Shown: one piece after another, positions 1 to 12,849 of the stretch
Numbering within the stretch: position 1 is the first letter of the stretch
Layout of the letters: every line of letters starts with the position of its first letter
Assembly: GCF_009914755.1 (NCBI RefSeq)
Contig: NC_060932.1
Reading direction: 5' to 3' (one strand)
DNA length: 64,000 bases
Source: the human T2T-CHM13v2.0 reference genome, Homo sapiens
Notes under the pieces: generated by a model
Told to the model about the DNA's origin: nothing
Database searches by the model: none
Seen by the model: the letters and a program-made list of their open reading frames with translations, nothing else
Program-made: the position numbers and the translations under genes

Positions 1-1714
1 CTGTTTAAAAGAGTTTGCAAGCAAGGATAGATCAATATTTTTTGAACTATAATAGCAATCAAAGTAAATGGATTTTTCTTTTGAAAGAACCTTAACTGCA
101 TACAGCCCAATAGTCACCATCAAAAACTTTGAAACATTATTGCTCTTACTGTATCTACTAGATGGTAAATGAACTTATAATTATCTGGAAATATAATTTT
201 GTATATCTATAAAGCAAGTAAGAAGGATAAACCACTCTTACTTATTATGAAAGACTACATTAAGAAAAGTGACAGTGAAACAAGTGAGCAGCAGATGCCT
301 TTTGCTTTAAAAGTAATCATGTTGATACTGTGTTAGTCCTTTATAAAATTAAAGGGCTATCAGCACAACCTCTTGCAACCTAATAAACCATTATTGAGAC
401 TGCATCTGTGCTGAGCTAATTATTGGGGGTGGTAGTGGTGGTGGTGCGGCGGGAGGGGGGTGGTTCCTAGATGAATGGGACTAGGTATTTTCTCAAGGAA
501 ATAAATACAACAGTTAAACAGGCAATTTGGAAAATTGGTGATGGGTATAAAAACAACAATATAATACTAGGTCTTTGGAGCTGATTTCTTTCCTCAACCT
601 TTGAGGGTTGTTTTGAAAACTACTTCTCTATTGTGTTTGTCTATCTTTCACGCTCCTGGGGCTGTGTGTCCAGGAAAAATTTATTCTCAAAAGAGAATCC
701 TGAATCAATAATCTTTAGTTTGAATTTGAAATAACAGGTAACTTCTTACTATTATCCGCATTTTAACTCTTATAAATTCTAGAAAGAACTCTATAATTTT
801 AAAAGAATATTAAGTTGTATTTGGGATATACTGTTTGGAGACTGAAAAATAAATTTCAAAAGTCAGATGTTTGGCCTTATTTATTTAACAATAGTACATG
901 CCAGACATAGTCTGCACATAGGCTGTAAAATTTAAAAAGTTGACCAAAATAAAGATTCTGTATATAAAGAAAATTATTAGTTACATGATATACAATTAAT
1001 TTAAATGTAAGGCAATGTGACACAAATGATTGTTATTTATTCAAGGTGTTTTAGAAATTCAGAGGGAGAAAAAGTTATTTTCATGTTGAAACTAGGTGAG
1101 TGTAGGGATGATTATAGGAGACTGATTCAAGGAAGTTAAATTTCATATGGTCCCTAATGAATGAAAAGGACTTTTGTATATGGAATTTAGTAATTATAGT
1201 ACAGAAGAAGAAGGAGGCATATCAAAGTTTGAAAGGAAAAAGCTTTCAAGATATAAGTGGAAAAGTAAATTATACCCAGATGGTAGAGAATGTCTTACAT
1301 CTGGTTATAATGGAGTTAATTGTGTAAGATTGGAAAAGATATTAGCAATTTTAGAATAAATAAGAAACAAAACTAAAACTAATCTTAAATCTATGAGAAG
1401 AGCAGACGCAAGAAAGGAATTGGGATTCATTTTGGAATAATTAAAGGAGCACAAAATAAAGGATATTAGAGTGGAGACCAAAACATGGTAACAGACAGGA
1501 TAAAACTTGCAACTTGTTTGAAGTGGGAAGTGCAGAAGGAAGATTAAAGGTTAAAAATAATATAAAAATATATGGCAAAGTAACAAGTTTTATGGGTTGT
1601 TAGGGTAATGCTTCTTTTTTTTTTTTTTTTTTAATCTGAAGGACTGAATATATATTGGAAAACCACCACACCAAACAGGACGATAGAGCAAAAAAAAACC
1701 TACAAAAAAAAATC

Positions 1715-2078
1715 CAGGGAACTAAACCACAACCTCTGCAACAATCGAGAGCAAAAAAGGTCGGACTTGGTCAATGACAGAAAACTTTTTTCATGTTTCT
1801 TTCCACTTCCAACTTAGGATCAATCAAGAAAGCCAAATGTGCTGCTCACACTAACGTGGTAGCTAGCTTATCTTCAGCTTCCCCATACCAAAAACCTCCA
1901 GCTAAAGCATAACTGAATCCTTCCTTCTTTATTAACTAATAAAGTTTTCCCATTCTCTTGACTGCGTTTAAGTCTCTGCCAAAGACAAGTGATGGTGGCT
2001 GCCTCCCTTGCTACAGAAAGCTCTGAATAAGTAGCCTTGATTTATTCCCATTTGCATGGTCTTCATTTATTTCCAACA
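1715..2078 (+). mobile_element. Old ERVL-class solo LTR (MER54/MER73/MER74/MER88 group)
   Basis: Ends in 'agctctgaataagtagccttgatttattcccatttgcatggtcttcatttatttccaaca', resembling the recalled 3' end of this LTR group; 5' boundary approximate. Confidence 0.6.
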
Positions 2079-2772
2079 ATCCGAGCTCATATACACATGC
2101 CAACAAACACACACAAAAATAAATAACTGCAAAATACGTTTCATAGTAAAATACATATCCCCATAAATGTATTATAAGTAATGCCTTCTGAAATTTTCTA
2201 TTCCATTACATAAAAAGTAAATGTTGGCCCCAAACCAAAATTATTTAATGGCCCATTAACCAGTACGACTTTTATATTGAAAAATAGGTGTACACATATT
2301 TTCTAAAGCTTATTTGACCCCGCGGCCATCTGTTCACTGAGTATCTCTTAAGACTTGTTTCCTTAGGACACGCTTGGGGAAGGTTAACTACATTTTGAAT
2401 AGAGATTACTGGAAGAATAGAGATGTGATTAACAAACAATCAGAATAAACACTTGGTTTTTAATGAAAGGTATTTAGTTCAATTTAAATTATATTGATTA
2501 AGAAATTACAATTCAGAGAAACAGAAAAAAATACTAAAATTGAGAAAGAAAAGAGTTTTATAAAATTCTAGTCCTTTCTGAAGCTTATTTAAAGGTCATT
2601 TAGTTTAACTTTCCTCTCAATCAACAATTTTGTTTTCCTGTTCTAGTATCTATTATTAAAATGGGACTGCTGTTTTAGGCAAAGTAAATATAAACAAAGA
2701 ATAAACTCCTGTCTATTAGAAAGTGAAGGGAAAGTGTAAGGGCAAGCACAAAACGAAAAGAGGCTTAATTTT

Positions 2773-2798
2773 TTAGGGTTAGGGTTAGTGTTAGGGTT
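2773..2798 (+). repeat. Short telomere-like tract TTAGGG TTAGGG TTAGTG TTAGGG TT
   Basis: Directly read: three exact hexamers and one variant, in register. Confidence 0.75.
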
Positions 2799-2816
2799 TT
2801 AATGAGAGAAGACTCC

Positions 2817-3477
2817 TGTTGAAAATAAGAGAAGAGACTCCTTTTCACCTCCCTTTATCTCAGATAACTCACTTTAGAAAAACTGTAATTGTCAGATTTT
2901 TCTTTTGCAAGTATATGTAATTTTTAAAATGCTAAATAAGCCCTTTAATAGTCTCAAAATTTAAAAATTCTTCCTTAAGGACGTGTAAGCCATTTCTTTA
3001 AAATATAACCATCTAGGAAGACAGCACTGCAATCTCCCAGTTTCTGTGAAAAGGTAGGAGTCCAACATATGCCAAGTTGCAGAACTACCTCCTGCCATAA
3101 AGATATGGGGTTTATTTTTTCTTCAGATAAAGCCAATTTATTTTTTCTTTGAATAAAGCCAACACAGATGGTCACCCCAATTATAGGTGAATTTAAGATA
3201 AACTATGAGTGACAAACAGTGGTGTCAAGTTCTTTTACTTGAGAACAAACTACTGTTTCTTGTGAGAACATGTGTCTAATGAGGTTGTATCTGCTTGGCT
3301 ATTTAAAAGGGTAACACGTCTTTCTGGCTTTTCAATCTCTTTAGCAGATTGCCTAAGATGCACATCTTGTTCTCATTTCATGCTTATCCAATAATAAAAA
3401 TAATTTTCTTTCTATACTGCTTTTGTGGAGAGGCTTTCTGTACTGGCCGATTATGTTTTTAATCACATTAACCCAAC
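2817..3477 (+). mobile_element. ERV1-class solo LTR (MER89/MER90-like)
   Basis: Starts with TGTTG and ends with CCCAAC; TATA-like 'ctatttaaaaggg' at ~3298; AATAAA at ~3393; 3' end resembles recalled MER90-type consensus. Confidence 0.65.
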
Positions 3478-4731
3478 GCCAGTCACATATAGAAATTACA
3501 ACTTTTTTTTCTTAGTGGAAAAAGCTTGTATTTATTAACATTTGGTTTTGTTTTTGTATTAAGGTTTGGAGTAAAAAGAATTGGGTGTGGGAGAAAGACA
3601 AGGAAAGTCTGAGAAAGATGTAGTGGCCCAAGTGTGAAGGGAGGCAAAGTCTAAAAAATCTCTTACTTCATGAGTATTTATACTTTATACACATTTTAAA
3701 AAATTATAATTTCTTGTTTAGGGTGGGTAAAGCAGAAGTCTTTATGCTATGATGTATACTAGATAAGCATAAGTTCCCATAAGACTTTTGTTGAGAGATT
3801 TTGACAAAAGCTTTGTACTTCGTAAGAGATATTGCATATTTCTGCTTCCCTTTCTGGTACTCCTGCCATTTGCTGCTCCAAGGATAAGAGACCCTGGGGC
3901 AGACCTGAATTAGATCCACTTTCTGGAGCCAAAGCCCAGCCAGCCAACAGGGTAAAGCAGAGCCCCACAGGCCAGTTCACTACATTGAACTAATTGCTGT
4001 TGATTCACAGAAAGAAAGAGCAATAAATAAATAAATATTTCTTATTTTATAGTAGAGTGGATATTTTAGCAGCATTATTGCAATGATAGTAACTGATATA
4101 AGTGCTTACAAATGAAGATAGCCTAACAATAGATCATCTTAATTAAGTAAAAGGTGAAAGGTTTTAAGAAACTTATAATCTCTATTTTCACAAGAAGAAA
4201 AAAATTTTACCAGGGTAATTTCAGACCTCATGAAGAGATTTTCCTTGAAAAAAATAATAATGTGCCAGAAGGCCCAAAATGAAGACAGAGGCACCATTAA
4301 ACAAGCGCATTGCGATTTACACAAAATCAAGGCTGTAAAGAAGTAGGAGGAGAAAAAATAATATGACAGGAAAAGGTAGGAAGAGTTGAACTAGTTCAAT
4401 GGGTTGTTGAGTCCTTAAGAAGTAAAAATTTCTAACTTATTTTCGTGTGCCTAGCACCCAGCAAAATAACTGGCATCTAATATGCTATTTTATCTTTTTT
4501 TATTTTCATGAATCATAAGGGAAATCAGAGGTGGAACTACTGGAACTCAAAGCTAGGCTTCATTAAAAACCACAGTCTACACTGATTAGTTATAACAGGA
4601 CTAATTCCAAAAATAGTATTCTGGATTTGTGAATTGTCACTACAATTGATTTTCTGAGAACCTTTCTAAACAAAAATACAATTTGTATATCAATATCATT
4701 GTTATTTATGTATTTATTATGTGTTTATGTA

Positions 4732-4886
4732 TTTTTTTAGAGTCACAGTCTTGCTTTGTCACTCAGGCTGGAGTGCAGTGGCCAGATAATGGCTCACTGC
4801 AGCTCACTGAGGCCTCCAATTCTTGAGCTCAAATATAATCCTGCCTCAGCCTCCTGAGTATCTGGTACTACAGGAGCACGACACCA
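4732..4886 (-). mobile_element. Alu right-arm monomer (FRAM/AluJ-like)
   Basis: 'caggctggagtgcagtgg...cctgcctcagcctcctgagta..ctacagg' preceded by a T-rich tail. Confidence 0.85.
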
Positions 4887-5910
4887 ATTATATATCAAGA
4901 TGTTCCAGAAGAGTCCTACTTAGGACATTATGCCTAACTATTAAGCTACTGGCGGTATGTGGACTTTTGTTGGCTTGGAGCCAATATGCTTATGGCCTGA
5001 TAGGAGATGCAAGAGTAACTGAGAAACACTGTAAAATCTGTGACACTCTGTGTGCAAGTCAGTGATACTACAGACCTCAGATACTATTGACCTCTCCTCC
5101 AGTGTTGTGCCACTCTCATCTACCACCACAAATGTTCTCAGAGCTGAAACTGTGAGCTTAAGAAGACCCACTATGAAGAGCAGGATCCTCAAGGAAATGT
5201 TAACTTGACATCAAACCAACAAACAACAATAAAAAACACCTTGTAAGTTGGGAGAAGGGGTAATTAAAATTTTACTTCAATTTGGTAAATGTAGTCTGAT
5301 TCAAAAATTTAAGTAATCTTGAGGTAATTTAGTTTCTATTAAACAGATCTTTTTACCGTGTAAGTGGTTGATTCATGTTAATTACTCACCTACTCCTGTT
5401 CCTTTTTAAAATGGTTATACACAGGGTTGGATTTATGGGACAGTGAGGAGATTGTCAGGACAGGAGGCCCCGCAACTGTAGGATGGAAGTTCTCTGATTT
5501 TACTGTCACTGCTGATGTAGAGTAACTGGATTAATATTTTCCTTGGACTGATGAGTTGTCAAATGTAATTATTCTGGTTTTGACTTTTGGGGTATATTCG
5601 GAATCTTAAGGATCGAGGCATTAAGACATTTGTGCCTTGTAGTCTTTTAATCTTGAATATTTGCTAGTCCATAAGTCTTACAAGGAATTCTGCATCTAAT
5701 TATTAAGACAGGTAAGAATTACCACAATCCCTTGACATGCCAAGACTGTGTAGAATCAAAAATAAAAAAAAAAAAAAGAGCCTGAAGTTTCTCTCATGAC
5801 ATATTGAATGGAAAACTGAACTTACTTAGGTGCTGCAGACTTCCTTCAGGACACCCAACTCAACATTTGGGGAAGCTGGTTATTAGTCTGTCCTTAAAAA
5901 TAGATTCTAA

Positions 5911-6233
5911 GGGGCAGGGCCAAGATGGCTTACTAGAAGAAGCAGCGATTGGAGGCACCCATCAAAAAGAACCAAAACAGTATGCAAATCCAGCACCAGC
6001 AACCAATATCCAGGTATCTAGGTTGTCAACAGGACTGACTAGGTGGCTGGCATGACCAACAGAGAGAAAGGAAGAGCAGTGTGGTGCAGCAGCCCACCTG
6101 AGAGCCACATGGGGCAGGGGAGATCCCACCCCTTAGCCAAGGGAGGCAGTGAGTGTGCTACCTAGTCTGGGAAACTGTGCTTTTTCCATGGAACTGTGAA
6201 ACCCACAGATCAGAAGATCCCACTCGTGAGCCC
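5911..6233 (+). promoter_or_regulatory. Retained proximal L1 5'UTR (internal promoter) with YY1 motif
   Basis: CAAGATGGC at 5921-5929, the usual L1 YY1 position just inside the 5' end; activity unknown. Confidence 0.6.
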
Positions 6234-6327
6234 AAATATCAATAGCCGAATTGATTAAGTGGAAGAAAGAATATTAGAGCGTGAAGACCATCTTGCTGAA
6301 ATAAGGCAGGCAGACAAGATTAGAAAA

Positions 6328-6358
<31 letters not shown>

Positions 6359-6952
6359 ATAGGAACAAACAAAACCTCCGAGAAATATGGGACTATGTAA
6401 AAAGACCGAACCTACTATTGATCAGAGAGTCTGAAAGAGATGGGGAGAATGGAACCAAGTTGGAAACACACTTCAGGATATTATCCAGGAGAACTTCCCC
6501 ATCCTAGCAAGAGAGGCTAACATTCAAATTCAGGAAATACAAAAAACACCACTAAGGTACTACATGAGAAGATCAACCCCAAGATACACAATCAGATTCT
6601 CCAAGGTTGAAATAAAGGAAAAAATGTTAAGGACAGCCAGACAAAAAGGCCAGGTCACCTACAAGTGGAAGCCCACCAAACTATCAAGAGATCTCTCAGC
6701 AGAAACCCTGCAAGCCAGAAGAGAGTGGGGACCAATATTCAACATTCTTAAAAGAAAGGAATTTTCAACCCAGAATTTCATATCCAGCCAAACTAAGCTT
6801 CATAAGGGAAGGAGAAATAACCTCCATCTCAGACAAGCAAAGGCTGAGAGATTTTGTCACCACCAGGCCTGCCTTGCAAGAGCTCCTGAAGGAAGCACTA
6901 AATAGTGGAAGAAAAACCAGTACCAGACACTGGAAAAACATGCCAAAATATA
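6234..6952 (+). pseudogene. L1 ORF1p remnant (N-terminus deleted, stops and frameshifts)
   Basis: Reads 'INSRID*VEERI' at the start; track ORF 'RSTPRYTIRFSKVEIKEKMLRTARQKGQVTYK...LSAETLQARREWGPIFNILK'. Confidence 0.92.
6326..6361 (+). repeat. (AAAT)n microsatellite inside L1 ORF1
   Basis: About nine consecutive AAAT units. Confidence 0.95.
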
Positions 6953-7015
6953 AATACAAAGACACTATGAAGAAACTGCATCAACTAGTGGGCAAAATAA
7001 CCAGACAGCATCATG

Positions 7016-10000
7016 ATGACAGGATCAAATTCCCACATAATAATATTAACCTTAAATGTAAATGAGCTAAATGCCTCAATTAAAAGGCACAGACTGGCAG
7101 ATTGGATGAAGAGTCAAGACCCATCAGTGTGCTGTATTCAGGAGACCCATCTTATGTGCACAGGCACACACAGGCTCAAAATAAAAGGATGGAGAAAAAT
7201 TTACCAAGCAAATGAACAGAAAAAAAAAAAAGCAGGGGTTGCAATGTTACTCTCTGACAAAACAGACTTTTAACCATCAAAGATCAAAAAAGACAAAGAA
7301 AGGCATTACATAATGGTAAAGGGATCAATTCAATATGAAGAGCTAACTATTCTAGATATATATGTACCCAATACAGGAGCTCCCAGATTCATAAAACAAG
7401 TTCTTAGAGACCTACAAAGAGACTTAGACTCCCACACAATAATAGTCAGAGATTTAACACCCCACTGTCAATATTAGACAGTTCAACAACACAGAAAATT
7501 AACAAGGATATTCAGGACTTGAAAGCAGCTCTGGATCAGGTGGACCTAATCAACATCTACAGAACTCTCCACCCCAAATCAATGGAATATACATTCTTCT
7601 CAGTGCCACATCTCACTTATTCTAAAATCAACCACATAATTAGAAGTAAAGCTCCTCCGCAAATGCAAAAAAAGCTGAAATAATAAAAAACAGTCTCTCA
7701 GACCACAGTGCAATCAAATTAGAACTCAGGATTATGAAACACTCAAAACCACACAACTACATGGAAATTGAATAACCTGCTCCTGAAAGACTCCTGGTTA
7801 AAAATAATGAAATTAAGGCAGAAATCAAGAAGTTCTTTGAAACCAATGAGAATAAAGAGACAACATACCAGAATCTCTGGGACACAGCTAAAGCAGTGTT
7901 TAGATGGAAATTTATAACACTAAATGCCCACATCAGAAAGCTAGAAAGATCTTAAATCAACACCCTAATATCACAATTAAAAGAACTAGAGAAACAAGAG
8001 CAAATAAATCCAAAAGCCAGCAGAAGACAAAAAATAATTATTCAGGGCAGAATTGAAGGAGATAGAGGCACAAAAAACCCTTCAAAAAAAGCAATGAATC
8101 AATGAGCTGGTTTTTGAAAAAATTAACAAAATAGATAGACCACTAGCTACACTAATGAAGGAGAAAAGAGATAAGAATCAAATAGACACAATAAAAAATG
8201 TCACAATAAAAATGACACACTGACCCCACATAAATACAAACTACCATCAGAGAATACTATAAACACCTCTGTGCAAATAAACTAGAAAATCTAAAAGATA
8301 TTGATAAATTCCTGGACTCATGCACCCTCCAAAAACTAAACCAGAAAGAAGTCAAATCCCTGAGAAACCAACATCAAGTTCTGAAATCTAGGCAGTAATT
8401 AACATCATACCAACCAAAAAAAATCTCAGGACAAGACAAATTCACAGCAAAATGCTGCCAGAGGTACAAAGAGGAGCTGGTACCATTCCTTCTGAGACTA
8501 TTCCAAAGAATTGAAAAGGAGAGTCTCCTCCCTAATGCATTTTTTGAGGCCAGCATCATCCTGATACCAAAACCTGGCAGAGACACAACAAAAAAAGAAA
8601 ACTTCAGTCCAATATCCCTGATGAACATCGAAGTGAAACACCTCAATAAAATACTGACAAACTGAATCCAGCTGCACATCAAAAAGCGTATCCACCATGA
8701 TGAAGTCGGCTTCATCCCTGGAATGCAACGCTGGTTCAACATACACAAACCGGCAGATGTAATCCATCACATAAACATAACCAATGACGAAAACCACATG
8801 ATTATTTCAATAGATGCAGAAAAGGCCTTTGCTAAAATTCAACATCCCCAATTGTTAAACGTTTTTGATAAACTAGATATTCATGCAAAATATCTCAAAA
8901 TAATAAGAGCTGTTTATGAAAAACCCACAGCCAATATCACACTGAGTGGGCAAAAGCTGGAATCATTCCCTTTGAAAACTGGCACAAAACAAAGATGCAC
9001 TGTCTTCCCACTCTTATTCAGCATAGTATTGGAAGATTTGTCCAGGGCAATCAGGCAAGAGAAAGAAATAAAGGGTATTCAAATAGGAAGAGAGGAAGTC
9101 AAATTGTTTCTGTTTTCAGACTACATGATTTTATATTTACAAAACTCCATTGTCTCAGCCCAAAAACTCCTTAAGCTGATAAGCACTTCAGCAAAGTCTC
9201 AGGATACAAAATCAACGTGCAAAAATCACAAGCATTTCTATATGCCAACTATAGATAAGCAGAGAGCCACAACATGAATAAACTCCCATTCACAATTGCT
9301 ACGAAGAGAATAAAATACCTAGGAATACAGCTAACAGAAACGTGAAGGACTTCTTCAAGGAGAACTACAAACCACTGCTCAAGGAAATAAGAGAAAACAC
9401 AAACAAATGGAAAAACATTCCATGTTCATATATAGGAAGAATCAATAGTGTGAAAATAGCCATGCTGCCCAAAGTAATTTATAAATTCAATGTTATTCCC
9501 ATCAAACTACCATTGACATTTTTCACATAATGACAAAAAGAACCACTTTAAATTTCATGTGGAACCAATGAAGAGCCCGTATAGCCATGACAATCCTAAG
9601 CAATAAGAACAAAGCAGGAGGTATCATGCTACCTGGCTTCAAACTATACTACAAGGCTACGATTACCAAAACAGCATAGTACAGGTACCAAAACAGAAAT
9701 ATAGACCAATGGAACAGAACAGAGACTTCAGAAATAACACCACACATCTACAACCATCTGATCTTCTACAAACACGACAAAAGCAAGCAATGGGTAAAGA
9801 ATTCCCTATTTAATAAATGGTGCTGGGAAAACTGGCTAGCCATATGCAGAAAACTGAAGCTGGACCCCTTCCTTACACCTCATACAAAAATTAACTTAAG
9901 ATGGATTAAAGACTTAAATGTAAAACCATAAAAACCCTAGAAGAAAACCTAGGCAATACCATTCAGGATATGGGCATGGGTAAAGATTTCATGATGAAAA

Positions 10001-10828
10001 TACCAAAAGCAATTGCAACAGAAGCTAAAATTGACAAATGGGATCTAATTAAGCTAAAGAGCTTCTGCACAGCAAAAGAAACTATCATCAGAGTGAACAG
10101 GCAACCTAAAAAATGGGAGAAATTTTTTGCAATCTATTCATCTGACAAAGGTCTAATATCCAGAATCTACAAGAAACTTAAACAAATTTATCAGAAAAAA
10201 AAAACAACCCCATAAAAGGCGGGTGAAGGACATGAACAGATGCTTCTCAAAAGAAGACATTTTTGTGGCCAACAAACACACGACAAAAAGCTCAACATCA
10301 CTGCTCATTAGAGAAATGCAAATCAAAATCACAATGAGATACTATCTCTTGCCAGTCAGAATGGCGATTATTAAAAAGAAACAACAATGCTGGCGAGGCT
10401 GTGGAGAAATAGGAATGCTTTTACACTGTTGTTGGGAATGTAAATTAATTCAATCATTGTGGAAGACAGTGTGGCAATTCCTCAAGGATCTAGAACCAGA
10501 AATACCATTTGACCCAGCAATCCCATTACTGGGTATATACCCAAAGGAATATAAATCATTCTACTATAAAGACACATGAACACCTATGTTTATTGCAGCA
10601 TTATTTACAATAGCAAAGACGTGGAACCAACCCAAATGCCCATTGATGATAGACTGAATAAAGAAAATGTAGTACATATACACCATGGAATACTATGCAG
10701 CTATAAAAAGGAATGAGATCATGTCCTTTGCAGGCACATGGATGAAGCTGGAAACCATCATCCTCAGCAAACTAACAAAGGAACAGAAAACCAAACACCT
10801 CATGTTCTCACTGAAAAGTAGGAGTTGA
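7016..10828 (+). pseudogene. L1 ORF2p (endonuclease/reverse transcriptase) remnant, multiply disrupted
   Basis: 'MTGSNSHIIILTLNVN..CCIQETHL' (EN); '[11 protein letters not shown]', 'LFSDYMILY' (degenerate RT FADD motif); 'CWRGCGEIGMLLHCCWECKL' (Cys domain) in separate frames. Confidence 0.95.
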
Positions 10829-11361
10829 ACAATGAGAACACATGGACACAGGGAGGGGAATAACACACACCAGGGCCTGTCAGGGGGTGGAGGGCAAGGA
10901 ATGGGAGAGCATCAGGACAAATACCTTATGCATGTAGGGCTTAAAACCTAGATGATGGGTTGATAGGTGCAGCAAGCCACCATGGGTCACGTATACTTAA
11001 GTAATAAACCTGCATGTTCTGCACATGTATCTCAGAACTTAAAGTAAAATAAAAAATAATAAAAAATAGACTCTAGTGAGAGAAAAGAAGTAAGTACCAC
11101 CATATTATTTCTTTGCATAATCCTCAGGCTCATGGTGGTTCTGGCTATAGGTTTTTCATTTCCTCTAGTTTTGTATTTTTCTCCTCCTGTTTTGTAGTGA
11201 GCCTGAAGATCTAAATTGCACACGTATAAAGGCTGTCTCTTCTATATACTATGAAGGATACTCTATAATATGAGTACTTTATTCTTGAGAGGTTTCATAA
11301 TAAATGAAGAATTCATGAAATTCATTTTTCTCTGACAAAGGCTGGCTTTCAAGCCTGTCTT

Positions 11362-11386
11362 CTCAACTCAACTCAACTCAACTCAA
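11362..11386 (+). repeat. (CTCAA)5 pentanucleotide repeat
   Basis: Directly read. Confidence 0.9.
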
Positions 11387-11466
11387 AATCACACTTTGAT
11401 AGGCAAAGCTTGAACTATTTCATTCTCTCTTCAGTGTTTTATATGAACAATTCCTGTTCTAATGCC

Positions 11467-11508
11467 TATGTGTGTGTATATATATGTATATATATATATA
11501 TATATATG
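11467..11508. repeat. (TG)n(TA)n compound microsatellite
   Basis: Directly read. Confidence 0.9.
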
Positions 11509-11739
11509 CATAAAGGATGATAGTAATATGCATAATAATGCAAGAGAAAAGTATCACAAAACAAAACAATTTAATTTTAAATATTTGTAATTTAGACTTT
11601 TAACTACTTCACCTTGAATATTCCTATTTATCTTTTAGGACTTATGTAAGGTGTCTATCCTTGGACTGCTTTTACAGTACCCCTTATTTTTAGAAAATCA
11701 TTTCTGTTTGCTCTGAGCACGTATTAAAATAACCTATTT

Positions 11740-11850
11740 ATATGTACCTGTCCCCACTTATCTGAAGGTGTATAGATGTATGAACCTTGTCTATTTTGTC
11801 TTCTCAGCCCCATTACCTAACACAGTGCCTGGGACATAGTAGGTAATTTA
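11740..11850 (+). mobile_element. L2 3' end relic
   Basis: 'acctaacacagtgcctgggacatagtagg'. Confidence 0.6.
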
Positions 11851-12156
11851 AAATAAAAACTTCTTAAGCTTAAATTAAATCTATTTATTAGGTGGAGATT
11901 AGTATTGAGCTCTGTGTAAAAGATTTAAAACTGTACACCTGTCAAATGAAGAGAAAGCATTTTTCTGTATAAATTCACTCTGAATTTATTGAAGACATTA
12001 TTCTGATATAAGAACAAATCAACTATCAAATCAAAAACCACATTTGTTATATCAAACTTCATGTAAAAAAATTTCATTAGACAAAACATAAGTAAATGAT
12101 CTAGAAATATATAAATACTGTATTTTGCTGCCATGGGTAACAGCAAGAGAATTAGA

Positions 12157-12236
12157 GGTCAGATTAGAAGACTAAGTAAAAGTTATGACTATTTTCGGTC
12201 AGATTAGAAGACTAAGTAAAAGTTATGACTATTTTC
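12157..12236 (+). repeat. Perfect 40-bp tandem duplication
   Basis: ggtcagattagaagactaagtaaaagttatgactattttc at 12157-12196 and 12197-12236, identical. Confidence 0.98.
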
Positions 12237-12316
12237 CAGAAGATAAATTAGAATTTAAGGTATAAAGGTCAGCAACATAATATGCCCCCCAAAAAGGCAA
12301 GGAAAGAAAGAGTAGG

Positions 12317-12676
12317 TACACTGCTCAGCTTATGCTGCTACACCAAAATACCCAGTGGCTTAAACTTAAGACTTGGCTTAGACAACAGGCATTTATTTCT
12401 CACAATTCTGGAGGCTGAGAAGTCTAAGATCGGGGTGCTGGCAGCTTTGGTTTTGATGAAAGCTCTTTTTCTAGCTCACAGTTGGCTGCCTTCTTGATAT
12501 ATCCTCACATGGGAAAAAGAGAGAGACAGACGGAGATTTCACGTCTCTTCTTAGAAGGGCACTGATCCCATCATGAGAGCTTGACTTTTCAAAGGCCCCG
12601 TCTCCAAATACTATCATATTGGGGGTTAGGGCTTTAACATATGAATTTTAGGGGGGACACAATTCAGTCCATAGCA
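12317..12676 (-). mobile_element. MaLR solo LTR (MLT1A-like)
   Basis: 'atttatttctcacaattctggaggctgagaagtctaagatc...ggggacacaattcagtccatagca'; 5-bp TSD GTAGG (12312-12316 / 12677-12681). Confidence 0.9.
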
Positions 12677-12849
12677 GTAGGTGGAAGACTGAAAGAGTAA
12701 AAGGAATTAATAATAATACAGAAAAAGCTATTGGCAAAGAGTCTTATATGTAAATTTGAAGTAGTTAGGAAGAATTAATATTCAACAGTTATTCCAAACT
12801 TTATTTGAAATATCTTTCAGCACTAAAAAATTAAAGGAACAAATAAGCA

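Larger units (their letters stand above)
5911..11061 (+). mobile_element. LINE-1, L1PA8-like; 5' end intact, internal deletion, non-functional
   Basis: 5' 'ggggcagggccaagatggc'; ORF1 and ORF2 remnants in the ORF track; 3'UTR 'ggcttaaaacctagatgatgggttgataggtgcagc'; A-rich tail; TSD aaaaatagattcta (5896-5909) / aaaaatagactcta (11062-11075) at a TT|AAAA site. Confidence 0.97.

Noticed and set aside
3111-3162. 26-bp diverged tandem duplication (23/26) inside an LTR
   Set aside because: Real, but an ordinary old slippage event.
8374-8797. Minus-strand 124-aa and 99-aa ORFs
   Set aside because: Antisense frames of L1 ORF2.
12157-12236. CRISPR-like repeat
   Set aside because: Two abutting copies with no spacer, no cas genes and a eukaryotic context.
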